A DNA stretch of 64,000 nucleotides from an uncultured Acidobacteriota bacterium (GTDB lineage: Bacteria > Acidobacteriota > UBA6911). Position 1 is the first letter of the stretch; each line of letters starts with the position of its first letter. The translations under genes were made by a program, and so were the position numbers. Location: positions 96,001 through 160,000 of the forward strand of contig CAWEJX010000006.1 in NCBI GenBank assembly GCA_963809485.1, read 5' to 3'. Below are positions 29,695 to 40,406 of the stretch, one piece after another. Under the pieces are notes generated by a model. The model was not told the origin of the DNA, did not search any database, and worked only from the letters and a program-made list of their open reading frames with translations.

Positions 29695-30936
29695 TCAGTG
29701 GATCCTAATGGCGGCAAACGTCACGGCAGCGCCTGCCTCCGCATCGGACCACTGCCGGTACCGGATCAGTTTCCCCATGGGCTTATCGATGCACCGCAGT
29801 GTCATGTAGATGGGAGGGTAGCCGCAGATTCTGCGGCTGTCGTTATCGGCGGCAACAGACTGGAAAACGCCCTCTGCGTCACCTCGTTCCACAAGCTTCA
29901 GGAAATCCAGGTCCTTCTGTTCCACTTCACGGAGCGAGTGCGCGGTTGGCCCGGAGGGATCTCCAAATCTTCGTCCCACATGCGCCAGGTCGGCACCGGC
30001 TATCACGCAGAAGCGTCCTTTCGTCTCGCCCATGGTTTCCCAGAGGGCGTCCACAACTCTCCCAATTTCGGGATCCTCCGCGGCCGTTCTCCCCCGGGCA
30101 TAGATGTCATGAAACGAATTGACCAGGATCGGCACTATTTTGAAATCCTGCCGCGGTTCCAGCATATATTTCAAAAATATGGCCTGAAATTCGATCGAGT
30201 GCTCTCCCCTGTGAGGAAAATCATCCGCGTATTCGCCGTTCAGCCTGGCCGAAAGCCGAGCCGCAAAATCCTTGTCTGTCACCGCGGGCCCCATCGGGGT
30301 TTCATAGTCCTTGCCCGAGATGGAAAAACGCCGCGGCATGGGTGTGTGGCAGGTCCCGAAAATGATGAAGGTGTCCGCTATCGGGGCGCAGGAAAGTGCG
30401 TGATATGCGTGGGCATAGACAGGGCCGCCTCGGGTGAAGTCGATATGAGGGGCGATCAAGCCGCGCAACGGCTCCGCTGCGACGGGCTGCGCATCGTCCC
30501 CCGGGCCTTCGGGGGAATCGAAATAGCCCCGGATCTGGGATCGGAGCGCTTCGGCATCCTTCGGATAAGAGGCGCCGGCGTGGCAGGCCGGACGCGACGG
30601 AGATGCGCGAAATTTCTCGATAAGCGCCCGGTAGAAGCCCCCGAATGTCGGTCCATCCAGGTAGAGATGGTCATCCAGCTGGGTGACGAGGCTCTCGATG
30701 TTTTCCATCGGCAGGATTTCTCCTGTTGCCCGGAGGAAATCCGCTTGAATGTCGCGCAGGGAATGCTTGCCGTCCATACGGGAGATCAGGAACAGAAGGA
30801 ACCGGTTGAGGTATATCGGTTGCTCCGCCAGGTTTTGCGGATCCTGAAGGCAAACCAAATCCTGGCCGTCCATGCGGATCGGGAAAGCTTCGACCGGCCG
30901 GAGACGGGGGTGCAGAAGGTGTTCGGCTTCTAGCAT
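29695..30936 (-). CDS. amrB: AmmeMemoRadiSam system protein B (MEMO1 family)
   Basis: HAGASYP, IAPHID, GEHSIEFQ, ADLAHVG, ICGYPP. Confidence 0.9.
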   Translation of the reverse strand: MLEAEHLLHPRLRPVEAFPIRMDGQDLVCLQDPQNLAEQPIYLNRFLLFLISRMDGKHSLRDIQADFLRATGEILPMENIESLVTQLDDHLYLDGPTFGGFYRALIEKFRASPSRPACHAGASYPKDAEALRSQIRGYFDSPEGPGDDAQPVAAEPLRGLIAPHIDFTRGGPVYAHAYHALSCAPIADTFIIFGTCHTPMPRRFSISGKDYETPMGPAVTDKDFAARLSARLNGEYADDFPHRGEHSIEFQAIFLKYMLEPRQDFKIVPILVNSFHDIYARGRTAAEDPEIGRVVDALWETMGETKGRFCVIAGADLAHVGRRFGDPSGPTAHSLREVEQKDLDFLKLVERGDAEGVFQSVAADNDSRRICGYPPIYMTLRCIDKPMGKLIRYRQWSDAEAGAAVTFAAIRIH

Positions 30937-31904
30937 AGATCCTGGGACGCGCCTCGCAGTTCCCCTGCAATTTCCATGGCAATTCGGCGTGCTTTCTCGA
31001 GTTCCTCCGGGGTGAAGGAGATCGCGCCCACGACCGGGTGCCCGCCGCCGCCATGGCGTTCGCACAATTTGGCAAGGTTGTGTGTGCGCGGATGAGGGCT
31101 CCAGGGATTCGATCCCACGGAAATCTTGGCACGATAGCTCGATAGGCTCACTCCCACGCAGTAGGTGGCTTGAGGGAACAGGTAATAGGGAATGAATTTG
31201 TTATAGCCTTCCAGGTCATAGCCGCTGACGTCGAAAAATATGGTCCCATCCGTGCAGTGTGCATGCCGGCGGATGATGTCGACAGACCGCAGGTGGCGTT
31301 CATAAAGCTTCTGGAAAGCCTCCCGCACCCAGGGTATCTCCATGATTTCGTATAGAGACCTCTGCTGGAACTCCGTTATGAGGTCGCAGATCCGTTCGCG
31401 ATCGTGCACGCCTTCTATGACCATCATGAGCTTCATGGCGGGTTCCGGAAGCTCCACGGCGGTCTGCGCGTTCTCAAACAGGGCGCCGTCGATGATGTCC
31501 GCCCACCGGATCAGTTCCTCAAGCCGGCCGGATTCGAAGCCAAAATGCTTCTGGAGCATCTCCACAATGAATTTGGTGCAGGAACGGTAATTCGGATCGT
31601 GGAATTTCCGACCGCTGCGGTCGGCCTTGAAATGAGCTTCGTCCTCCGGGCTGAGGAACGCGCTCTGGTGATGATCGAACCACCAGGTCAGGCGCGGGTT
31701 GCTGGAATATTTGAAATCCACGATGGCGTTTTCATCCCCGTCGAATTTCACGTCGAGGAAAAGCTGTCCAGCCCTGTGGGCCAGGCCCTCGTATTCAAAT
31801 TTGCAGTCCCTGCGGATCGCCTGCAGATAAAAATTGCCGAAAACCGCTGCGGAAGCAAGACCGTCGAAGCAGTTGTTGTGAAAATATATCTTCATTATCT
31901 CCAT
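30930..31904 (-). CDS. DHH/DHHA1 phosphoesterase
   Basis: H..CFDG, IVDF, FDHH, GGGGH motifs. Confidence 0.88.
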   Translation of the reverse strand: MEIMKIYFHNNCFDGLASAAVFGNFYLQAIRRDCKFEYEGLAHRAGQLFLDVKFDGDENAIVDFKYSSNPRLTWWFDHHQSAFLSPEDEAHFKADRSGRKFHDPNYRSCTKFIVEMLQKHFGFESGRLEELIRWADIIDGALFENAQTAVELPEPAMKLMMVIEGVHDRERICDLITEFQQRSLYEIMEIPWVREAFQKLYERHLRSVDIIRRHAHCTDGTIFFDVSGYDLEGYNKFIPYYLFPQATYCVGVSLSSYRAKISVGSNPWSPHPRTHNLAKLCERHGGGGHPVVGAISFTPEELEKARRIAMEIAGELRGASQDLC

Positions 31905-32026
31905 AAAGTCTTAACGATCTCATCCGGGATGGTCTTTACGCAACCGGGGAGCCCAAAGAATGCTACACACTACCATACTGATTTCCATATTTCAAATTCC
32001 GATCCTTTTGTCAGCGATTTGGACAG

Positions 32027-32190
32027 TGGGGAGGGCAAGTTCGTTGCCGCCTTGCACGAGTGTCCAGTTCTCTATGAACTGCTGGGGGACTTTGTGAAGA
32101 CGATGGGGTAGGGGATTATGAAGGTCCTGATCTTGGACCGAGGGTTTATCGATGGCCCCTCGATTGGGAAATGCAGGAAGGATTACGGCG
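32027..32190 (+). pseudogene. DDE transposase fragment with an internal stop
   Basis: HECPVLYELLGDFVKTMG*GIMKVLILDRGFIDG; the DRGF motif is typical of IS4-like DDE enzymes. Confidence 0.55.
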
Positions 32191-32354
32191 CAGCGCCGTC
32201 CTGTATTCCATTCTGGCAAGCTGCCGTCGTCGCGGGATTGATCCGGAAGACTATCTCACTGATTTCCCTTTGACCAGGAAGCAGACCTTCCTCAAAATTG
32301 CGTAAATCAAAAGGCCTCTTTTTTGAGAGATCAAGGGACAGACGAACAATCTCC

Positions 32355-32389
32355 TTGTCAATGTCTCGGATCGGGGACATAATGACATC
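32355..32389 (+). promoter_or_regulatory. promoter and palindromic operator of the toxin-antitoxin pair
   Basis: TTGTCA-17-CATAAT, 6 nt before the GTG start; TGTCA/ATGTC...GACAT/TGACA inverted repeat overlaps it. Confidence 0.65.
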
Positions 32390-32728
32390 GTGAAACCGAT
32401 CGATTTTCATGCAAGAGCATTGGAGTTCATTAGAGCACAGGCGAGGTCGATCCGAAGTCATATCGGGGAAGCGCTTAGAGACCTTCAGAAAGGAATTAAT
32501 CTTGGGATGCCTCTCAGCCGCCCGATGCCGGCTGTAGCGCCTGGAGTTCACGAATTGCGCATAAGGGGAGAAGGGACGACCGTGAGGATTTTCTATTATG
32601 TGCGCAAGGCGGATGCGATCATTGTTTTTCACGCATTCCAAAAGAAGTCGCAGAAGACGCCATCTCGAGAGATCGACCTTGCTCGTCAGAGATTGCAGGA
32701 GGTTCTAAATGAAGCAGACAAATTCTGA
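32390..32728 (+). CDS. RelE/ParE-superfamily toxin (HigB/Gp49-like)
   Basis: GVHELRI, RIFY, IVFHAFQKKSQKTP..EIDLA..R; lies upstream of an HTH antitoxin. Confidence 0.9.
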   Translation: MKPIDFHARALEFIRAQARSIRSHIGEALRDLQKGINLGMPLSRPMPAVAPGVHELRIRGEGTTVRIFYYVRKADAIIVFHAFQKKSQKTPSREIDLARQRLQEVLNEADKF

Positions 32729-33020
32729 AAAAACTGTCCGAACAAAAACCGCTGAGGACCTGGGAAGAGCGCTGGGTTTATCCGCGGCTGAGGCGGGAGA
32801 AATGGAGTTTCGGTCAGATCTCACATGCGCTCTGGCAAAAATCATACAGAATGGAAAGTCGACTCACGCGGAGATTGCTAAAAGGGCAGGGACCTCCCGG
32901 ACACGGGTAACGGCTATCGCTAATGGGAACACGCAAGGGATGTCGACGGACCTTTTGATTCGGGTTCTTTCTGCCACAGGATACAAGGCAGAATTGCGAG
33001 TTCGGAAAACTGCGGCATAA
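32709..33020 (+). CDS. XRE/HigA-type antitoxin (HTH_37-like)
   Basis: THAEIAKRAGTSRTRVTAIANG..STDLL; overlaps the toxin stop. Confidence 0.88.
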   Translation: MKQTNSEKTVRTKTAEDLGRALGLSAAEAGEMEFRSDLTCALAKIIQNGKSTHAEIAKRAGTSRTRVTAIANGNTQGMSTDLLIRVLSATGYKAELRVRKTAA

Positions 33021-33049
33021 GGATATGAGATACGGAATCAAGCTGCTGG

Positions 33050-33325
33050 ATGTTGGGCGCCACGGCAAAGGTTGAGTGTAAATGCAATCTCCGGCTCTGG
33101 GCTTCAGTCTGATTGGTCCCGATCACCCCCAATCCTTCACACTGCGCCAAAGTCGAATAGTCCAGATCGCTGCCGTCCTGAATGCACAAGACCACGCGCT
33201 GGCCTTTCATGCGTGGTATTGTCCGTTCCTGGTGAGGCTGCAGAATATGCGACATGCCGATCGCTTCTTCATCCGGATGATCAATAAGCCGATAGTATGC
33301 CTTGACTGCCGGCCAATTTCCCAGT
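33050..33325 (-). pseudogene. IS4-family (IS50/Tn5-like) transposase fragment
   Basis: WPAVKAYYRLIDHP...HQERTIPRMKGQRVVLCIQDGSDLDY...GLG...LHLHSTFAV. Confidence 0.75.
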
Positions 33326-33623
33326 GTGGGAAAAATAAACCTATTTGTTCAGTTTTTTATTGTGGGTAAAGGGCAGGGCTAGCGGGCCTGGGTCGTTTTT
33401 GCTGAGCGCCGAAGCGAATTGACGGCATCTCTTCCGGAATCGCGCTGCATCTAGCTCCAAGCTCTTCGGAAGTGCTCAAAAACAAGCGAACATTAGAAAC
33501 CCACATTTATGTCGCACGCCCGGCGCAAGAAATTGGCTGGCGGGAATTTGTCTGGCATGGTAAACTAAAGGTTTTGTGTAGGACGGCTCTCATAAAAATG
33601 CTGCCTGGTAATCGAGGCTGAAA

Positions 33624-33848
33624 ATGAAAGATAAGATTCATCCCAAGTACCATAAAGTGCTGGTGACCTGCGCCTGCGGAAACAAGTTTGAAACCCGGTC
33701 CACCAAGCCGGAAATCCGGCTGGAGATGTGTTCGGCCTGCCACCCTTTCTTTACCGGGAAGCAGAAGCTGATTGACACCGCGGGGCGCATCGAACGATTC
33801 CAGAAGCGCTACGGTCTGGATAAGATCGAAAACACCTCCAAAGTCTGA
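33624..33848 (+). CDS. rpmE: 50S ribosomal protein L31 (Zn-binding type)
   Basis: [31 protein letters not shown]. Confidence 0.97.
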   Translation: MKDKIHPKYHKVLVTCACGNKFETRSTKPEIRLEMCSACHPFFTGKQKLIDTAGRIERFQKRYGLDKIENTSKV

Positions 33849-33856
33849 GACACCAG

Positions 33857-34822
33857 ATGGCGGACACAAAGCCCACCTCGTCACCCGAAGATATCCTCGT
33901 AGGCGGCCAGGCGGTTATTGAAGGCGTCATGATGCGCACGCCGCATGCCTATGCGGTGGCGGTGCGACGTGCGGACGGCTCTGTCGAGGTTATGAAAGAG
34001 CCTGTTCAACGTCTGTCCGAGCGCTGGAAGCCTCTCTCCTGGTTTGTTATCCGCGGCTTTGCCGTTTTGGTCCAGTCCCTCTTTCTGGGGTTGCGCACCT
34101 TGAATTATTCCATCAATGTCTCGCTCAAGGATCTGGATCCGAGCGCAAAGGAGAGAGCAAAAAGCGACAAAAAGGAGAATGCCGTCCTGCCGATCGCTGC
34201 ATCGATGTTTTTCGGCGTGGCGGTGGCGGTCTTCCTGTTTATTCTTTTGCCGCTTTGGATCACAACCTGGATGAAGGGATACATCTCCTTAGTCCACAAC
34301 TGGGTGGTTTTCAACCTTGTCGACGGCTTGATCCGCGTTGTTTTTTTCCTGTGCTACATCATGCTGATAAGCCTGATTAAAGACATCCGCAGAGTGTTCC
34401 AGTACCACGGCGCCGAGCACAAGGTGGTCCACGTGTGGGAAGCGGCGGAGGAACTCACCGTAGAAAATGCGCGGAACAAGTCGACACTGCACCCCCGCTG
34501 CGGCACCAGCTTCATGCTGTTCGTGATGGTGGTCAGCATCATTGTGTTCTCCGTCTTCAAGTTCGACGCGTTCTGGACGATTTTTCTCTCGCGACTGGTT
34601 CTGATCCCCGTTGTGTCGGGGCTTTCCTACGAACTGATCCGGCTTTCGGCGCCCCGCTGCCGGAAAGGTTTCTACCGCTGGATGGTGCTTCCGGGGCTGT
34701 CCCTTCAGCGCATCACGACTAAAGAGCCTTCCGACGACCAATTGGAAATCGCGATCCGGGCTTTGAGAGAATCCCTCGAGCTCGATGGAATCAAAGCTCG
34801 CGAAGCGCAAACTGCCGCTTAG
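33857..34822 (+). CDS. DUF1385 (YqhQ-like) membrane protein
   Basis: GGQAVIEGVMM, FQYHGAEHK, HPRCGTSF, TTKEP. Confidence 0.92.
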   Translation: MADTKPTSSPEDILVGGQAVIEGVMMRTPHAYAVAVRRADGSVEVMKEPVQRLSERWKPLSWFVIRGFAVLVQSLFLGLRTLNYSINVSLKDLDPSAKERAKSDKKENAVLPIAASMFFGVAVAVFLFILLPLWITTWMKGYISLVHNWVVFNLVDGLIRVVFFLCYIMLISLIKDIRRVFQYHGAEHKVVHVWEAAEELTVENARNKSTLHPRCGTSFMLFVMVVSIIVFSVFKFDAFWTIFLSRLVLIPVVSGLSYELIRLSAPRCRKGFYRWMVLPGLSLQRITTKEPSDDQLEIAIRALRESLELDGIKAREAQTAA

Positions 34823-34889
34823 CGGGTCCGCCCCTCGCCCGGTCCCTACCGGCCAATTTCAAAACATTCTATAATCTAGAGAGATACCC

Positions 34890-35957
34890 ATGATTGACAA
34901 GCTCGTTGCCCTGGAAAAAAAATTCGAGGAACTGAACGCGCTCCTGGCGGATCCGGCCATCCTTGCGGATCAGCCCGCCTACCAGAAGCATGCCAAATCT
35001 CACAGGGATTTGAGCGCGGTGGTGGAGAAATTCCGGGAATATAAGGGCATCCTGAACGGCATCGAGGAAGCCAAAACCCTTGCAGCGTCCGAAACCGATC
35101 CGGAGATGAGAAAGCTCGCCGATGATGAAATGATCGCCCTGGAGGAGAGGGAGAAGACATGTCATCAAGAGCTCCAGTTGCTTCTGATGCCCAAGGACCC
35201 CAACGACGATAAAAACGTGCTCCTGGAGATCCGGGCGGGGACCGGCGGAAATGAAGCAACGCTGTTTGCCGCCGAACTCTTCCGGATGTATTCGCGGTAT
35301 GCCGAACGCATCGGCTGGCGCGTGGAGATCATGGAAGAGCATGTGTCGGAAGTGGGGGGATTCAAAGAAATCATCGCCATGGTGGAAGGGGGCCGCGTTT
35401 ACAGCAAACTCAAATACGAAAGCGGCGTTCACCGGGTGCAGCGTGTGCCGGCGACCGAAGCCAACGGCCGCATTCATACATCCGCAGTGACCGTAGCGGT
35501 GCTGCCCGAAGCCGACGAGGTGGAGGTGGTGGTGGATCCCAAAGATATCCGCATCGACACTTTCTGTTCTTCCGGGCCCGGCGGCCAGTCGGTGAACACG
35601 ACCTATTCCGCGGTCCGTATCACCCACATCCCGACCGGGCTGGTTGTTTCCTGTCAGGATGAAAAATCCCAGATCAAAAACCGGGCAAAAGCCATGCGCG
35701 TTCTGAGGTCGAGACTCTACGACATCGCCCTCCAGGAGCAGCAGAAATCCATTTCGGAAAACCGCCGCAGCCAGGTTGGTTCGGGCGACCGCAGCGAGAA
35801 GATCCGGACGTATAATTTCCCTCAGAACCGTGTCACGGACCATCGGATCGGGCTGACGGTGTACAATCTCTCCGACTTTATGGACGGGAATATCGGAACT
35901 TTGCTCGAAGCCCTGTTCACCCATTTTCAGGCGGAGCGGTTGAAAGAAGCAGTATAG
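34890..35957 (+). CDS. prfA: peptide chain release factor 1
   Basis: [18 protein letters not shown] (PxT), [15 protein letters not shown]. Confidence 0.97.
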   Translation: MIDKLVALEKKFEELNALLADPAILADQPAYQKHAKSHRDLSAVVEKFREYKGILNGIEEAKTLAASETDPEMRKLADDEMIALEEREKTCHQELQLLLMPKDPNDDKNVLLEIRAGTGGNEATLFAAELFRMYSRYAERIGWRVEIMEEHVSEVGGFKEIIAMVEGGRVYSKLKYESGVHRVQRVPATEANGRIHTSAVTVAVLPEADEVEVVVDPKDIRIDTFCSSGPGGQSVNTTYSAVRITHIPTGLVVSCQDEKSQIKNRAKAMRVLRSRLYDIALQEQQKSISENRRSQVGSGDRSEKIRTYNFPQNRVTDHRIGLTVYNLSDFMDGNIGTLLEALFTHFQAERLKEAV

Positions 35958-36143
35958 GCGCTGCGTCTGAGGGCTCAATAAATTGCCAATCCCGAGCTTG
36001 GCGGGGAGACTCACAGGGTTTGGCAGTTCCAGGATCGTGAAACGCTGACAGACGCTGAAATAGCTCTGATAAACACTGATACTTCAGTCAAAGGTCGGCG
36101 CATAAGCGCCGATGAGACGATTCCGAAAATCGGACGATGACCG

Positions 36144-37019
36144 ATGCATACCATCGCCAGCGCCCGCAAATGGGCCATTGAGGAGTTCAAGGGGGCCGGA
36201 GTGGAATCTCCCATGCTCTCGGCCGATCTCCTGCTCGGCTTCGTGCTCGGCTGGCAGAGAGTTCGGGTCTTGAGTCATCCCGAACACCTTCTGGCGCCCA
36301 AAGACTATGCTTATTTCCAGAGTTTGATCGGCCGCCGCGTAAAGGGCGAACCCCTGCAGTATTTGCTGGGTGAACAGGAATTCTACGGACTTCTTTTTCG
36401 CGTGACTCCGGAGGTCCTGATCCCGCGTCCGGAGACGGAGCTTCTCGTCGAAGAGGCGCTGCGTTTGATGAAAGAATCCCCGCCCGCTGTCCTTCGTTTC
36501 CTGGACGTCGGTACCGGTTCCGGTTGTATCGCTGTTTCCATCGCCCGCGATATCCCGGTTTCAGCCGGGTGGGCGATCGACATATCGGCGGACGCGCTGC
36601 GCATAGCGCGCGAAAATGCCGTCCGTCACGGCGTGGCCCAAAGAATTCAGTTTATCCAGTCCGACCTGCTTGAATGCTTTTCCTCGGGTCCGATATTCGA
36701 CTTCGTCCTGAGCAATCCGCCTTACGTCCCCTTCGACGATTTTGATAGTCTGCCCCGAGAGGTGAGAGACCACGAACCACACGCCGCATTGTTCGGCGGA
36801 GCTTCGGGCCTGGGCGTCTACCGGCGGGCGATTCCGGGGATTTCGTCGCGGATCGCGCCGGGGGGATTCCTTCTGCTCGAATTGGGCGCAGGACAGGCGG
36901 AGAAGGTTTCGAAACTTGTTGAAATGGGGGGGCTCTGCGTACAGAGAATCCTCGACGATCTGCAGGGGATCCCGCGCTGCCTCGTGGCGCGGAAACTCCC
37001 CCGGAGGGAGCATGGATAA
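36144..37019 (+). CDS. prmC: release factor glutamine methyltransferase
   Basis: GEPLQY, LIPRPETE, DVGTGSG, SNPPY. Confidence 0.95.
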   Translation: MHTIASARKWAIEEFKGAGVESPMLSADLLLGFVLGWQRVRVLSHPEHLLAPKDYAYFQSLIGRRVKGEPLQYLLGEQEFYGLLFRVTPEVLIPRPETELLVEEALRLMKESPPAVLRFLDVGTGSGCIAVSIARDIPVSAGWAIDISADALRIARENAVRHGVAQRIQFIQSDLLECFSSGPIFDFVLSNPPYVPFDDFDSLPREVRDHEPHAALFGGASGLGVYRRAIPGISSRIAPGGFLLLELGAGQAEKVSKLVEMGGLCVQRILDDLQGIPRCLVARKLPRREHG

Positions 37020-38265
37020 AATTCGCGTGATGGGCGGAATCCCTTTGTATGGGCGCGTAGGGATCAGCGGGGCAAAAAACGCCGCACTGCCTGCGTTGGC
37101 CGCATCCCTTTTGACCGCCGATACGCTTCAGCTGGAAAACATTCCTTATGTCCGCGATATCCTGACGGCAAGAAACCTGCTCGAGGTAATGGGCGTTGAG
37201 GCGGAAGTGCGCGAAGATGGGACCGCAACGCTTAATGCCGGCCGGGTCCGTTCCTGCGAGGCCCCCTATGAACTGGTCAAAACCATGCGGGCGGCGATCC
37301 TGGTCCTGGGCCCGCTCGTCGCCAGATTCAAAAAGGCGCGGGTCTCGCTTCCCGGAGGGTGCGCCATAGGCGCCCGTCCGGTGAACCTGCACATAATGGG
37401 CCTTGAGCTCATGGGAGCCAAATGCGATGTGGTGCATGGTTACGTGGAAGCTTCCGCCCCCGGCCTGCATGGATCGCATGTCATGATGGATACGGTCACG
37501 GTTACAGGAACCGAAAATCTTATGATGGCCGCCACGCTGGCTGAAGGCGAAACCGTGCTGGACAATGCGGCCTGCGAACCCGAAATCAGCGATCTGGCCG
37601 ATCTGCTCCGGAGCATGGGCGCCCGTATTCAAGGCGACGGCACGCGCACGATCCGGATTCAGGGCGTGAAGGAACTGCACGGAAGCCGGCACTGCATCAT
37701 ACCGGATCGAATCGAGGCGGGGACCTTTGCCATAGCCTCCGCGATCACCCGCGGGGACGTCGAGATCGTGGGGTGCAATCCGGGCCACCTGACGGCCGTG
37801 CTTACACAGTTAAGCCAAACGGGGGCCGAAGTCACAATCGGTTCCGATGGCTTTCGCGTGAGGGGAAGGGACCCGATTGTCTCGAAAAATGTCGTGACTC
37901 ATCCCTATCCGGCGTTTCCGACGGATATGCAGGCTCAATACATGGCTCTGATGACTCAGGGAGACAGGAGTGCGGTCATTACCGAAACCATTTTCGAGAA
38001 CCGGTTCATGCATGCCCTGGAAATGATCCGCATGGGAGCCGACATAACCATTGACGGCAGGCAGGCCATGGTGAGGGGCGGCAAGCCTCTGTCCGGAGCG
38101 AGGGTTCTGGCTTCCGATCTCAGGGCGAGCGCCTGCCTGATACTTGCGGGTCTGGTCGCCCGGGGGGAAACGGTTATCGACAGGGTCTATCATCTGGATC
38201 GAGGCTACTATCATATCGAGCGGAAACTGGCCGGGCTTGGCGCAAATATCGAGCGCATACGCTAG
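37012..38265 (+). CDS. murA: UDP-N-acetylglucosamine 1-carboxyvinyltransferase
   Basis: ISGAKNAALP, LPGGCAIGARP, DRIEAGT, FPTDMQ, FENRF, HLDRGY. Confidence 0.97.
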   Translation: MDKIRVMGGIPLYGRVGISGAKNAALPALAASLLTADTLQLENIPYVRDILTARNLLEVMGVEAEVREDGTATLNAGRVRSCEAPYELVKTMRAAILVLGPLVARFKKARVSLPGGCAIGARPVNLHIMGLELMGAKCDVVHGYVEASAPGLHGSHVMMDTVTVTGTENLMMAATLAEGETVLDNAACEPEISDLADLLRSMGARIQGDGTRTIRIQGVKELHGSRHCIIPDRIEAGTFAIASAITRGDVEIVGCNPGHLTAVLTQLSQTGAEVTIGSDGFRVRGRDPIVSKNVVTHPYPAFPTDMQAQYMALMTQGDRSAVITETIFENRFMHALEMIRMGADITIDGRQAMVRGGKPLSGARVLASDLRASACLILAGLVARGETVIDRVYHLDRGYYHIERKLAGLGANIERIR

Positions 38266-38296
38266 GCGGATCTTCTACGCCTGTCGGAGAGGAAAG

Positions 38297-38647
38297 ATGA
38301 AAATCTTGGGGTGCATTTTTTGCCAAATCGCCGCCCGAGAGAAACCTGCGGATATCCTTTATGAGGATGAGCTGTGCCTTGTGCTCCGGGACATAAAGCC
38401 CAGAGCTCCGGTTCATCTCCTGGTCCTGCCGAAAAAGCACATTGTTTCCCTTAATGACAGCCAGGAGGAAGACCGGCTGCTTCTGGGTCACATGCTGAAC
38501 GTAGTCGGGCGGATGGCAAAAGAGCAGCACATTGACGGCACAGGGTATCGTACCGTTATAAATACGAACGCGGAGGCCGGCCAGACGATATTTCACCTGC
38601 ACATTCATATTCTGGGCGGACGGATACTTGCCTGGCCTCCCGGCTAA
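38297..38647 (+). CDS. histidine triad (HIT) nucleotide-binding protein
   Basis: CIFCQI, GQTIFHLHIHILGGR..WPPG. Confidence 0.93.
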   Translation: MKILGCIFCQIAAREKPADILYEDELCLVLRDIKPRAPVHLLVLPKKHIVSLNDSQEEDRLLLGHMLNVVGRMAKEQHIDGTGYRTVINTNAEAGQTIFHLHIHILGGRILAWPPG

Positions 38648-38696
38648 AAACTTTTTTGCAGGGGTGGACCGAAGTCTCCCCCCCAAGAGGACGTAC

Positions 38697-39005
38697 ATGG
38701 CGAATGAAGAAAGACCCGTACAAATCATTGCAGATCACTCCCTGAGCTCTCCGAGAATCTATTCCAACTATGTCCAGGTCAGCGTTTCACCCCTGGACTG
38801 TACCCTGACATTTTGCGACGTCATCGGCCCGCAGAGTGAGGAAGAGGCGCTGAGAATGCAAAAAACCGGAACCCTGCCGGCGCCGGTGAAGGCGGTGATT
38901 GCCATACCCACTCAGATCGTGGACGGCCTCATCCAGGCTCTGCAGGCTCAGCGGGACAAGCAGACCGGAGGAGGCAAACCCTCGACCGGAACGACGGTTC
39001 AGTGA
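38697..39005 (+). CDS. DUF3467-like protein
   Basis: IYSNYVQV..SP.D.TL.F pattern; GAGG RBS. Confidence 0.7.
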   Translation: MANEERPVQIIADHSLSSPRIYSNYVQVSVSPLDCTLTFCDVIGPQSEEEALRMQKTGTLPAPVKAVIAIPTQIVDGLIQALQAQRDKQTGGGKPSTGTTVQ

Positions 39006-39158
39006 TTGACTCGAGAATCGGATTCCGGAATTCGAGATTGAGGATCACTTCGATGCCGGGCGTGAGCGGGAAAAATCTGTGGCAACCTTTTTAAATGGGG
39101 TGCATCCTGTATTGGATAAGGCACGGGACCTGCGTGAGAAGGTAAAAGTGGAGGGATC

Positions 39159-39485
39159 ATGAGATCACTGCTAGTGTTTGCGTTCGTCCTCCTGGCGGCG
39201 TCCGTGGCTGCGGCAGGAGAAATCTATGGGACAGTTGCCGATGCGGGCAAGCCGGTCGCGGCCGGCATCAAAATCGAAATTGCCGCCGCCGGAAAAACCT
39301 ATTCCGGCGAGACAGACAAATTCGGCAGCTACCACATCTTCGTCAACGATAAGGGCAAATGCAGTCTGACGATTCACTACAAGGATCAGAAACCTGACGC
39401 GGATATCTTCAGCTATGAAAAGGCCATGCGTTACGACTGGATGATTGAGACCGTCGACGGCAAGCTGACGCTCAAGAGGAAATAA
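39159..39485 (+). CDS. small exported beta-rich protein (carboxypeptidase-regulatory/transthyretin-like)
   Basis: Signal peptide, IYGTV..AGKP, TDKFGSY; GGAGG RBS. Confidence 0.7.
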   Translation: MRSLLVFAFVLLAASVAAAGEIYGTVADAGKPVAAGIKIEIAAAGKTYSGETDKFGSYHIFVNDKGKCSLTIHYKDQKPDADIFSYEKAMRYDWMIETVDGKLTLKRK

Positions 39486-39488
39486 GCC

Positions 39489-40406
39489 ATGGAAGACCGA
39501 CCGAAAAGACGCGATGTCTGGGAGAAGGTGAGTCTTGTCCTGCAGTCCAGCGGCGGACTGCTGACCGCGATCACGGTGGCGATCATAGGCATCATCGGTT
39601 CGAGCTACCTGAAAGATCGTGAATTGACGCAGAACACTACCAGGGAACGGATGCAGGCCTACGAAACCAATGTGCGCATCTACACGGAGCTCATGAGCAA
39701 ACGGGAAGAGGCGGAAAGCGCCCTGCGCAAAGACATGTTCGTCTCGATCATCCAATCTTTTCTTCGCCCCGGATCTTCCAGCCTCGACGAACGCGTTTTG
39801 AACCTGGAACTGCTCTCCTATAACTTCCATGAATCGCTCAACCTGAAGCCCCTCTTTATCTATCTGGAAAAACAGATCGGCGCGTCGAGCGAGGCGCACA
39901 GAAAGGAATATCTGCAGCGCCTCTACAAAGTTGCTACGGAGATCAGCCGGAAGCAGATGCTGGTGCTGGAGGGCGCAGGACGAAAGACCGACCGCATCAT
40001 CGATTTCGCGAATCTCGAACAGAATCCCGGAGGATTTCCCCTGGAAGATGCCACGCTCACTCTGGACGGAATCACCCGGCAGTTCTCCCTGTTCGTCCTG
40101 TCGGTGGACAAGGCCGCGCAGCAGGTCAGTCTTCGGCTTGAGATCAAGACGGCGGACAAAGATCGCGGCAACGTGGAGTCCAGCACGGCGGAATTCTGGG
40201 TGGGATTCTTTGATTTCCCGATGATCGACAATACGCGTCTGCCCCATGACCAGCGGGCTGCTGTTGTTCTGAACGCCTTTGAGGACGAGAGCGCCGACGT
40301 CACTCTGGCCTATTTCCCGGGTTCCTATGCAAGCCTGAAGGAAAAACCCTACTACCAGGAAGTCGTGCAGAACCTGATGAAGACAAGCCAGGGACTGACC
40401 GAGTAA
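39489..40406 (+). CDS. hypothetical membrane-anchored protein
   Basis: 305-aa ORF with host-like codon usage and a single N-terminal TM helix; starts 3 nt after the previous gene. Confidence 0.75.
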   Translation: MEDRPKRRDVWEKVSLVLQSSGGLLTAITVAIIGIIGSSYLKDRELTQNTTRERMQAYETNVRIYTELMSKREEAESALRKDMFVSIIQSFLRPGSSSLDERVLNLELLSYNFHESLNLKPLFIYLEKQIGASSEAHRKEYLQRLYKVATEISRKQMLVLEGAGRKTDRIIDFANLEQNPGGFPLEDATLTLDGITRQFSLFVLSVDKAAQQVSLRLEIKTADKDRGNVESSTAEFWVGFFDFPMIDNTRLPHDQRAAVVLNAFEDESADVTLAYFPGSYASLKEKPYYQEVVQNLMKTSQGLTE

